In this document: positions 17,592 through 24,814 of the stretch, piece after piece
Numbering within the stretch: position 1 is the first letter of the stretch
How the letters are laid out: every line of letters begins with the position of its first letter
NCBI GenBank assembly: GCA_030149205.1
Contig: JASBSB010000007.1
Coordinates: 180,001-212,000, forward strand
DNA length: 32,000 bases
From: Candidatus Heimdallarchaeota archaeon
Lineage (GTDB): Archaea > Asgardarchaeota > Heimdallarchaeia > Heimdallarchaeales > Kariarchaeaceae
Direction of reading: 5' to 3'
Made by a program: the position numbers and the translations under genes
Notes under the pieces: model-generated
Seen by the model: only the letters and a program-made list of their open reading frames with translations
Told to the model about the DNA's origin: nothing
The model's database searches: none

Positions 17592-18136
17592 ATTAAGGTT
17601 AAATTATAATTTTTAATAAGGAAGGCCATAGTCTCATCCTTAGATAAGAACTGCTTTTTGGGAATTTTATTTCTTTTAATTGATCTATCTTTAACTCTGT
17701 ATCCAGCTCTTTTCATTTGTACTATTACGTCAAATCCATAGATACCCACATTCGGATCATAGTTCATACCTGGTATATCGATATGTTCACTAACTCCGAA
17801 CGCAAAGTTTCCCTGATCATCAATAGAACTCGATTTTAATTTGTATTCATTTGCATGGAAAAGTTTCATAAGCAGCTCATAAGCTTTTTCTCCTCTTACA
17901 GTAATTTTAGCTCCTACTGCTTGCCCTCTCCTAATGTTCCATTTTTTCCATGTTTGTTTTGAATATGTATCTACAGGTGTTTGACCACAAAGCTCACTCA
18001 ACACAGCTTTACCTCTGTTGAGTGGTTCTCCAGCCATTCCTAAACTTAGATTTAACTTAATTGAATTAATTTTTGGTCTGAACATGGGCTGTTCTTCCCA
18101 ATTTTTGTATATTTTATTTAGTTCTTCTTCATTCAT
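17588..18136 (-). CDS. rpl5: 50S ribosomal protein uL5
   Basis: PMFRPKI, GQTPV, WNIRRGQAVGAKITVRG, GNFAFGVSEHIDIPG.YDPNVGIYG, RAGYRV. Confidence 0.97.
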   Translation of the reverse strand: MNEEELNKIYKNWEEQPMFRPKINSIKLNLSLGMAGEPLNRGKAVLSELCGQTPVDTYSKQTWKKWNIRRGQAVGAKITVRGEKAYELLMKLFHANEYKLKSSSIDDQGNFAFGVSEHIDIPGMNYDPNVGIYGFDVIVQMKRAGYRVKDRSIKRNKIPKKQFLSKDETMAFLIKNYNLTLI

Positions 18137-18138
18137 TT

Positions 18139-18879
18139 TTATGCCACCAACGTTATCGCAGGAGTATCTTCACCAATTATGAAAACATAATGAAGTGATG
18201 TTGAAAAGCTTTCCTCCTCTTTTGTTGAGAAAGTGACTTCAGATGCATTTGGACCAAATCTTTTGTTAATCTCAATAATGCTTCCCATTTTGCCTTGATG
18301 ATGCCCCTCTGTAACCATTGCTAAGGAAGATTCTTCAAATTTGTAAATTTCTTTAATCTCCTGAGATGGTATTTCAATTAGAAGGGATCCATTAACTTTT
18401 ATGTCTTTTAGCCTTTTATCACCATTTTCTAATAAAACATTTCTTCCATCATGTAACGAAATCTGAGTTTTATTGTTTCGAAGGTTGCGTTTTCCGACAA
18501 CTTTACATAGCTTTGTAGAAGCTTCATCCAATGGGATTTCAAATGCTCTTAGCTTTCCAGATTTATGGTACTGAATTCTGTAATATTTATCAGTTCCTTT
18601 TAGATGAACAACATCCATATGTCCAACAGGAAATGCTAGATCTTTTCTTATTCTTCCATCCACTTCTACTCTCTCATTAGTAAGAATGTATTTTACCTCT
18701 CTTTTCGACTCAGCTACACCTAAAACATCTCTTAAAAGAACTATGAGTGGCATACCCTGGCTCTTTGAGTGCGGTCCAGGTCTGATTTTAGTTACAAATT
18801 TTGAACCTTTTCTGCTAATTGGCCAAACCTTGGGTGATGCAGGTCTTTTTAGATGTCTTTTTCCACCAGTCTTTGTCAT
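18139..18879 (-). CDS. rps4e: 30S ribosomal protein eS4
   Basis: HLKR..P..WPI.RK, PGPH, PL..LLRD.L, VDGRIRKD..FPVG.MDV; GGAGGT SD upstream. Confidence 0.97.
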   Translation of the reverse strand: MTKTGGKRHLKRPASPKVWPISRKGSKFVTKIRPGPHSKSQGMPLIVLLRDVLGVAESKREVKYILTNERVEVDGRIRKDLAFPVGHMDVVHLKGTDKYYRIQYHKSGKLRAFEIPLDEASTKLCKVVGKRNLRNNKTQISLHDGRNVLLENGDKRLKDIKVNGSLLIEIPSQEIKEIYKFEESSLAMVTEGHHQGKMGSIIEINKRFGPNASEVTFSTKEEESFSTSLHYVFIIGEDTPAITLVA

Positions 18880-19451
18880 TCTTTTTCTACCTCCTCATTT
18901 TCTGAGCTGTGTTCTGATTCAACGACCTCATCGTCATCATCTTCAACAACCTCTTCGTCATCAGTTTCTTCATCTTCAACAAACTCATCTTCTTCTGCGT
19001 TTTCTTCATCTAATTCTGCTTCATCAAAATCAATAACATCTTCTTCTTCAACAATAGAATCAAAATCAATTTTTGCTTCTTCATCTTTGGTTCTTCTGTT
19101 AATCAATCCTACTCTAAATCTGTCCCTTGATTTATGAATTTTTGTAATTATAAGGTTTGAAGGATGAAAGAAAATTGGGACAGGATCTTTATTGGTCTTG
19201 TTTCTTGTAAGCTTTTCAATTACGACATATCTGTCTTGAGGTTCGACTCGAACCACCTTAGCTTTTTTACCCTTATGTTCTCCTCTGACAATTAGCACTT
19301 CGTCCTTTGGTCTGACAGGAAGAGATCGAAATCCTCTCTCCTCTTTTAATTCCTTGGAAAGATGAACTGATACGAGCTTATGAGATTCATTCAAAGGGAT
19401 GTTGAATTCATACTTTCTTTGTTTTTTTGGTTTTTTACTCTTTGGTCTCAC
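18876..19451 (-). CDS. rpl24: 50S ribosomal protein uL24 with ~70-aa acidic C-terminal tail
   Basis: SKKPKKQRK, HLSKELKE..GFRSLPVR..DEV.IVRG..KG, HPSNLIITK; GTG start. Confidence 0.95.
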   Translation of the reverse strand: MRPKSKKPKKQRKYEFNIPLNESHKLVSVHLSKELKEERGFRSLPVRPKDEVLIVRGEHKGKKAKVVRVEPQDRYVVIEKLTRNKTNKDPVPIFFHPSNLIITKIHKSRDRFRVGLINRRTKDEEAKIDFDSIVEEEDVIDFDEAELDEENAEEDEFVEDEETDDEEVVEDDDDEVVESEHSSENEEVEKE

Positions 19452-19456
19452 TTAAT

Positions 19457-19873
19457 TTACACCACCATACTTGCAATACTTCCAATTCTTGGCCATCTTC
19501 CGACAGCCTCCCTTGCGATTGGTCCTTTTGCTTCTGTACCCTTTGGGTCACCCTGTGGATTTACAACTATCACAGCGTTATCTTCAAATCTGATTACCTC
19601 TCCATTCTCCCTAGTATAAGGTCTCTTTTGTCTAACCACAATACATGGGAATATAGACCTCCTCATACTTTGAGATCCTTTCTTTACAGAGGCAATAACC
19701 ATATCACCAACTGTGGCTCTTGGATATCTGTTCAGTCTTCCTTTGTATCCATGGACAGCAATAACCTGAACAATTTTTGCTCCAGAATTATCTGCAACTT
19801 TAATTTTAGTTCCAACTTGTATCCCGTTGCTTGTTCTTACTCTTGGTGTTCCAGCAGTTTTTCTCTTTGCCAT
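19457..19873 (-). CDS. rpl14: 50S ribosomal protein uL14
   Basis: VADNSGAK, GRLNRYPRATVGDM, VRQKRPY, FEDNAV.VV, GPIAREA..RWPRI; GAGGTGA SD. Confidence 0.98.
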   Translation of the reverse strand: MAKRKTAGTPRVRTSNGIQVGTKIKVADNSGAKIVQVIAVHGYKGRLNRYPRATVGDMVIASVKKGSQSMRRSIFPCIVVRQKRPYTRENGEVIRFEDNAVIVVNPQGDPKGTEAKGPIAREAVGRWPRIGSIASMVV

Positions 19874-19878
19874 TCATT

Positions 19879-20208
19879 TCACCTCTTCTCAATAACAACA
19901 AAAGACTTACTCTTTGAGATAGGTCTTGATTCCATAGCTCTAACAGTATCACCAATTTTTAGTTCCAAACAGCTTGGTGCATGTGCAGAGATAACTCCTT
20001 TTCTTCTTTCATACCTATCATACTTTTTCACTAGATTCAAGAAATCTCTTTGAATGACAACAGTGTTATTCATTTTATCGGAGACTACTTTTCCTTCGAA
20101 AATTCTTCCTCTTAACCTGATTGTACCATGAAACGGACAATGTCTATCATCACAGGTTTTTTCAGGGGCAGGTACATCTATTCCAATGTTTCTAATTCTT
20201 CCCGTCAT
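19879..20208 (-). CDS. rps17: 30S ribosomal protein uS17
   Basis: RNIGIDV..P...CDD.HCPFHG.IRLRGR, KYDRYERR, SRPISKSKSFVV. Confidence 0.98.
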   Translation of the reverse strand: MTGRIRNIGIDVPAPEKTCDDRHCPFHGTIRLRGRIFEGKVVSDKMNNTVVIQRDFLNLVKKYDRYERRKGVISAHAPSCLELKIGDTVRAMESRPISKSKSFVVIEKR

Positions 20209-20250
20209 ATTACAGACCTACGTTGAATTTAAGCCTCAAAGTCTAGTCTA

Positions 20251-20276
20251 TTTTTATAAAATTGATAACCCTATCA
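20251..20276 (-). promoter_or_regulatory. Putative TATA box with adjacent palindrome TGATA-N4-TATCA upstream of the uS17 operon
   Basis: Minus strand TTTTATAAAAA about 50 nt upstream of the rps17 ATG; palindrome at 20263-20276 sits in the BRE position. Confidence 0.5.
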
Positions 20277-20389
20277 CTTTCAATAGAGGCAAATTGATCA
20301 GATCCTGATATCTGTACAGGCTATCAATGAGATTTCAGGTGAGAGCTAGACTTTTACCTTAATCTAATATCAAAGTTTCTTATTTATTT

Positions 20390-20395
20390 AAAAAA
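20390..20395 (-). terminator. Possible oligo-U terminator after rnp1
   Basis: T6 tract on the minus strand ~55 nt after the rnp1 stop; archaeal intrinsic terminators are oligo-U tracts. Confidence 0.3.
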
Positions 20396-20448
20396 GTCCT
20401 GTTGCATATCAGGTAATTACAATATGGATGTCTGATTCTAAACGCGTG

Positions 20449-20736
20449 TTACCAGGTTTTAATTTTTCTATTTCTTCTATCCTTTGCCTTTCCTTTTAGA
20501 TACGTTCCACTTATTACAAATTGATAGTTTTCTATCCTGTATTTACCCTCTTTTTCTTTTTGAGCAATTATTAATTTTCCATTTTGAGTTTTTAATACAA
20601 AGACGTTTTTCAAATCTAAAATAATTTTAAATTTTTGTCCAATTTGTTGAGTACTAAGTGATTTTGATTCAATGACTGTAAGGTTTTTTCCACTCAAATC
20701 TTTTGAAATAAGCTTTTTAATTATTTTCAAGTTCAT
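20449..20736 (-). CDS. rnp1: Ribonuclease P protein component 1 (Rpp29/Pop4), divergent
   Basis: Canonical position between uL29 and uS17, expected size and Sm-like beta pattern (LSGKNLTVIES...VISGTYL), but HELIG, DET and RPEER are altered. Confidence 0.7.
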   Translation of the reverse strand: MNLKIIKKLISKDLSGKNLTVIESKSLSTQQIGQKFKIILDLKNVFVLKTQNGKLIIAQKEKEGKYRIENYQFVISGTYLKGKAKDRRNRKIKTW

Positions 20737-20926
20737 GTTTTATGGTAAGTAAAGCTGCAATTTCTTTCTTTAATTCTCTTGGTTTGGTAGGATCACCAAT
20801 AGATCCTCCAGAGGACAATTGTGCTCTGACATCCATTAACTCTTTTCTAGCTGCGATTAATCTGGACTCTAATTTATCTGGATTTTCTCTGAAATCCTTC
20901 TTTTTGCTAACTTTCATCTTCATCAC
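20717..20926 (-). CDS. rpl29: 50S ribosomal protein uL29
   Basis: RKELM..RAQ.SSGG...DP.K.RELKKEIAALLTI; follows uS3. Confidence 0.9.
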   Translation of the reverse strand: MMKMKVSKKKDFRENPDKLESRLIAARKELMDVRAQLSSGGSIGDPTKPRELKKEIAALLTIKHELENN

Positions 20927-21701
20927 CTAAATTGATTGTTTCACCAAGCTCTTCATCCTCAATCTCTAATGCTTCTTCAGGGATTTCTTCCAATGTTTCT
21001 AGTTCATCAAAGCTATCAGAGAGATCTTTTGTGAATTCATCATCTTCTTCTTCAAAATGATCATTTGTTTCATCAGTTATAATCTCTTTTGATTTGTGCG
21101 TTGGTTCTTCGATTATATCAACATGATCAGGAAGGACGGAATTTGGCATCATAATTAAAACTGAGATTCCGAGGATTCCTCTTTTAATTTTTGCAACAGC
21201 ATAACCCTTTCTAACGAATTTTCTCTTTGGATCACCAGTTTTTGCAATGAATCCATCTCTAAATTTTTCTACTCTTGCTCTTTGAGAAGTTATTTTTCCT
21301 GCAACTATAATTTCAACCCCAAGGGCACCCTTTGCCATTATTCTTCTGACTGTTCCATAAGCAGTTCTTCGGAAGTGTCTGCCTCTTTGTAATGAGGATG
21401 CTAATCTAACTGCCATTACATCAGGATTTAAGTCTGGATCATCAAGCTGATCCACCTCTATTTGCACATCCTCAGAATTAAGAATGTTTTTTACATCCTC
21501 AGAAATTTTCTTTATTGTTTTTCCTTTCTTTCCTATGGCATATCCTACCCTACCCACTTTCAACGTTATTCTTGTACCAGTGGGAGCTTGTTGGTAATCC
21601 ATGTCTCCGAATTCAGCCTGCTCTAATTCATTTTTTAAATACTCTTTGAGCAGGATTTCCTTTACCTTTCCTTCAGTTATCTTTTTTACTATTGGTGGCA
21701 G
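20907..21701 (-). CDS. rps3: 30S ribosomal protein uS3 with acidic tail; probable CTG start at 21701
   Basis: KH domain (GTRITL...GYAIGKKGKTI) and LQRGRHFRRTAY...GALGVEI.VAGK. The frame extends 33 codons upstream of the ORF-track ATG (LPPIVKKITEGKVKEILLKEYLKNELEQAEFGD) up to an in-frame TGA at 21710-21708. Confidence 0.95.
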   Translation of the reverse strand: MPPIVKKITEGKVKEILLKEYLKNELEQAEFGDMDYQQAPTGTRITLKVGRVGYAIGKKGKTIKKISEDVKNILNSEDVQIEVDQLDDPDLNPDVMAVRLASSLQRGRHFRRTAYGTVRRIMAKGALGVEIIVAGKITSQRARVEKFRDGFIAKTGDPKRKFVRKGYAVAKIKRGILGISVLIMMPNSVLPDHVDIIEEPTHKSKEIITDETNDHFEEEDDEFTKDLSDSFDELETLEEIPEEALEIEDEELGETINLGDEDES

Positions 21702-21767
21702 TAAGCATCATTCCTCTTTATTTGCTTTGAACCAGATATATAACAGTCTATTAAAAGAATTAAGATG

Positions 21768-21780
21768 GTGAGCGCGTAAA
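21768..21780 (-). promoter_or_regulatory. CGCG-core upstream motif, copy 2 (upstream of rps3)
   Basis: Minus strand TTTACGCGCTCAC; the CGCG starts 33 nt before a TTATATAT TATA-like box. Confidence 0.4.
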
Positions 21781-21867
21781 GTTTGAGGAATTAACGTTCT
21801 TTTTTCATTTTCATTGAACCCACTCTCATGTTCCGAATTTATAAAACAAAATTAGTAATAATATATA

Positions 21868-22389
21868 ATGAGTGTTTTCACAGAAGAGACTTTGGTTCAA
21901 ACATTGGTCTCAGAAGAATCCTTTGGTATTGCTTTATTTTCAATGGAGGATGAGGGTCCTAAAGTCCTATATACAGACTTAGAATTACATTCATTTTTAG
22001 CATCAAGTCTATCTGATGAACCACTTGGTGATATTCTTGAGAAAATTGCAATTCACACCATTGTTTTAATCGGTCAAGGTCACGTGTATCCCGAAGGTGT
22101 TTTTGAGATTCCAGCTGGAAAATTAAACATCAAGTCTGTTTTGGTTTCATTTAAGTTACAAAATCTCACAGCAAAAGATCCACGTTTACGATTGGGATAT
22201 TTCCAATTAGCGATCTTTCTACCAATACCAATCCTTAAACTCCTTCCATCGACCATAAATTATGAGAAAGAGCTCTTAGGGCTACTTAAGTCCTTCACGA
22301 CCAATCAGAATTTTTCATCATCAAATTTTATGACATTAAAACAGGAAATTTCAAATGTATTTAACTTTTTAATTGGAAGAGTCTATTGA
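21868..22389 (+). CDS. Hypothetical protein, possible uDENN/longin-like fold
   Basis: IALFSMEDEGPKVLY resembles the F-x4-GP motif at the start of uDENN modules; alternating beta/alpha pattern with DPR..G. Confidence 0.5.
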   Translation: MSVFTEETLVQTLVSEESFGIALFSMEDEGPKVLYTDLELHSFLASSLSDEPLGDILEKIAIHTIVLIGQGHVYPEGVFEIPAGKLNIKSVLVSFKLQNLTAKDPRLRLGYFQLAIFLPIPILKLLPSTINYEKELLGLLKSFTTNQNFSSSNFMTLKQEISNVFNFLIGRVY

Positions 22390-22515
22390 ATTTATATTAT
22401 CTTAGTGTAGCTAACATAGCGGATTTATTTTCAATTTTGCATCTTTGAGCATCCTATCAAATATTACCTACATTCAATTAAAATTAATTGGACTATTGTC
22501 TTTTATTTTTAAATT

Positions 22516-22549
22516 TTTACGCGTCAAAAAAATAGTAACTATCGCGTAA
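22516..22549 (+). promoter_or_regulatory. Nested inverted repeat / CGCG motif in the thermosome promoter
   Basis: TTACGCG (22517-22523) and CGCGTAA (22543-22549) enclose ATAGT-A-ACTAT (22532-22542), directly before TATTAAAA. Confidence 0.45.
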
Positions 22550-22605
22550 TATTAAAAGAATAACTCCCCCTCAAAATTAGATACAATTCACTGGAGTGAA
22601 AACGA

Positions 22606-24273
22606 ATGGTAATGAATGGACAACCAGTTATTATATTAAAGGATAACTCAGAAAGAAATACAGGTCGAGAGGCTCAAAAGAACAACATTGCAGCTGCTTC
22701 AGCGATTGCTGAGGCAGTAAGATCAACACTTGGACCACTAGGAATGGATAAAATGTTGGTTGATAGTTTAGGCGATGTAATTATAACTAATGATGGAGCT
22801 ACGATTCTAGAGGAGCTTGATGTTGAACACCCTGCAGCAAAACTTATTATTCAGGTTGCAAAGTCACAGGATAAGGAGGTAGGAGATGGTACTACATCTG
22901 CCGTTGTCATTGCTGGTGAGCTTCTAAAGCGAGGAGATGAGCTCTTAGAGAAGAAAGTTCATGGGACTACAATTGTAGATGGTTATAAAAAGGCTGCAGC
23001 AGAGGCTATTCGTGCTCTTGATGAAATCGCATTTGAAATAAATCCTGACAAAGAGTCTCTCAAAGCCATAGCTTTAACTTCATTAAACAGTAAAAGTGTT
23101 ACAACAGCAAAAGATAAGATCGCTAATTTGGCTATAGAGGCTATTTTACACATAAAGGAAGAACGTAATGGAAAGTTTATTGCTGATTTGGACAATGTGA
23201 AAATTTTACAAAAACAAGGTAAATCACTTGAAGATAGCTCCCTTATTAAAGGAATAGCTGTCGATAAAGAAATTCTACACCCTGCCATGCCAAAGTCAAT
23301 TACCGATGCAAAAATTGCGTTGGTAAATCAGAATATCGAGGTTAACAAGACTGAATTCGATGCAGAAATCAAAATCTCAGATCCTTCGATGGTTCAAAGT
23401 TTCTTAGATAATGAACAAGATATGATAAAGGAAATGGTGGACAAAATTAAGGCTTCAGGTGCAAATGTTGTGATTTGTCAAAAAGGAATTGACGATATGG
23501 CTCAATATTTCATGGCTAAAGAAGGAATTTCTGCAATTCGTAGAGTGAAGAAAAGTGATATGGAAAAAATTGCTAAAGCAACTGGTGGGTCTGTTGTCAC
23601 AAGTCTTGACGACTTAACTGCAGGTTCATTGGGCGAGGCAGGAAAGGTGTATAAAACAAAACTAGGAGATGACGATTATGTCTTTATTGAAGATTGTGCA
23701 TCACCATTAGCTGTTACCATTCTCTTACGTGGGGCTTCAAAGTATGTTACCGATGAAGCAGAAAGGGCAATCACAGATGCACTATCAGTTGTAAGAAATG
23801 CTGTTGAAGACAGAAAAGTTGTTCCAGGTGGTGGAGCCGTAGAAATTCATCTAAACCAATCTATTGAAAACTTAGCAAAAGAAACTACAGGTAAGGAAAG
23901 ACTCGCAATACAAGCCTTTGCGGATTCCCTACTTATAATACCATCAACTTTAGCTGAAAACGCTGGACTAGACCCATTAACCATAGAAGCAGAACTCATA
24001 TCAGCATACAACAAGCATAAAACTAAGAAAACTTGGGGAGTTAATTTAACAGAAGGAAAAGTTGATGATATGAAAAAATTAGGTGTTTTAGAACCAATCC
24101 GTGTCAAACTACAGGCCATAAAATCTGCTTCTGAAGCAGCCGAAATGATCCTAAGAATCGATGATGTCATCGCAACAAAAAGTGATGGAGATGCAGGTGC
24201 AGGTGGTATGCCCCCTGGTGGAATGCCTCCTGGTGGTATGGGTGGAATGCCTGGCATGATGCCTGGCATGTAA
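22606..24273 (+). CDS. ths: Thermosome (group II chaperonin) subunit
   Basis: [42 protein letters not shown]; Gly-Met-rich tail; GGAGTGA SD. Confidence 0.99.
   Translation: MVMNGQPVIILKDNSERNTGREAQKNNIAAASAIAEAVRSTLGPLGMDKMLVDSLGDVIITNDGATILEELDVEHPAAKLIIQVAKSQDKEVGDGTTSAVVIAGELLKRGDELLEKKVHGTTIVDGYKKAAAEAIRALDEIAFEINPDKESLKAIALTSLNSKSVTTAKDKIANLAIEAILHIKEERNGKFIADLDNVKILQKQGKSLEDSSLIKGIAVDKEILHPAMPKSITDAKIALVNQNIEVNKTEFDAEIKISDPSMVQSFLDNEQDMIKEMVDKIKASGANVVICQKGIDDMAQYFMAKEGISAIRRVKKSDMEKIAKATGGSVVTSLDDLTAGSLGEAGKVYKTKLGDDDYVFIEDCASPLAVTILLRGASKYVTDEAERAITDALSVVRNAVEDRKVVPGGGAVEIHLNQSIENLAKETTGKERLAIQAFADSLLIIPSTLAENAGLDPLTIEAELISAYNKHKTKKTWGVNLTEGKVDDMKKLGVLEPIRVKLQAIKSASEAAEMILRIDDVIATKSDGDAGAGGMPPGGMPPGGMGGMPGMMPGM
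24199..24270 (+). repeat. Gly-Gly-Met/Pro low-complexity coding repeat
   Basis: Encodes [25 protein letters not shown], the typical chaperonin C-terminal tail. Confidence 0.9.
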
Positions 24274-24278
24274 TCAAA

Positions 24279-24770
24279 TTAAACAGTGAGATAACCTTTT
24301 AATTCAGATTTTATTTTTATTAACAAATGATTTTCGTCACTTTTGTTTATTTCTCCATTCTTGACATGTATGAAATTAGATACAAATTTTAAAATTTCAT
24401 TAAGATGTGGGTCAATTGAGGTTGTAATTTTTGAGCCTATTATTCCTATACAGAATGATTCATTACTCCTAATAGCAATTCCCTTATCTTTATGATTGAC
24501 CAAAATACTGGATGCCTTTTCTTGAAATATTTCATGAGAAAATGATGATATTGCTGAAAGAAACATTGCAATGAGACTTTCATCCAAGACTAAATCTTTG
24601 TGGGAGAAATTAACATTCATGAAGTTTTTTCCACTTTCATCAACAATGATCAAGTACTCTAATTTTGATTTACTCTGTTCAAGAAATTTATTTATCTTAG
24701 GAGATTCTTCACTTTTTTTTGGAATTCCTCCTTTACCAAACAGTGTGTAACTTTTTATATTTGCTAGCAT
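24279..24770 (-). CDS. Longin-like domain protein
   Basis: YLIIVDESGKNF...DESLIAMFLSAISSFSHEIF...SSI fits the Asgard longin pattern. Confidence 0.6.
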   Translation of the reverse strand: MLANIKSYTLFGKGGIPKKSEESPKINKFLEQSKSKLEYLIIVDESGKNFMNVNFSHKDLVLDESLIAMFLSAISSFSHEIFQEKASSILVNHKDKGIAIRSNESFCIGIIGSKITTSIDPHLNEILKFVSNFIHVKNGEINKSDENHLLIKIKSELKGYLTV

Positions 24771-24814
24771 GTTATCAAAACTAATTCTTCCTTAAATATA
24801 AAAACTAGAGATTT

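Noticed and set aside
18853-19137. Poly-Ser ORF (+), plus similar ORFs at 9902..10204, 18686..19036, 19380..19619 and 19427..20053
   Set aside because: Antisense products of GAA/GAT-rich acidic tails and ribosomal genes; no independent coding signal.
19240-19254. GGTTCGACTCGAACC hairpin resembling a tRNA T-arm
   Set aside because: Lies inside rpl24 codons (VVRVEP); no acceptor, D or anticodon arms around it.
21708-21710. In-frame TGA upstream of uS3 as selenocysteine readthrough
   Set aside because: It lies upstream of the conserved N-terminus, there is no upstream coding frame to extend, and I saw no SECIS.
22564-22575. C5 tract upstream of thermosome as a possible inverted ORB
   Set aside because: No GAAA(C/T)/TCCA core at the right spacing.
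24199-24270. Short tandem GC-rich repeats as a CRISPR or VNTR
   Set aside because: In-frame Gly-Gly-Met chaperonin tail; no spacer structure.
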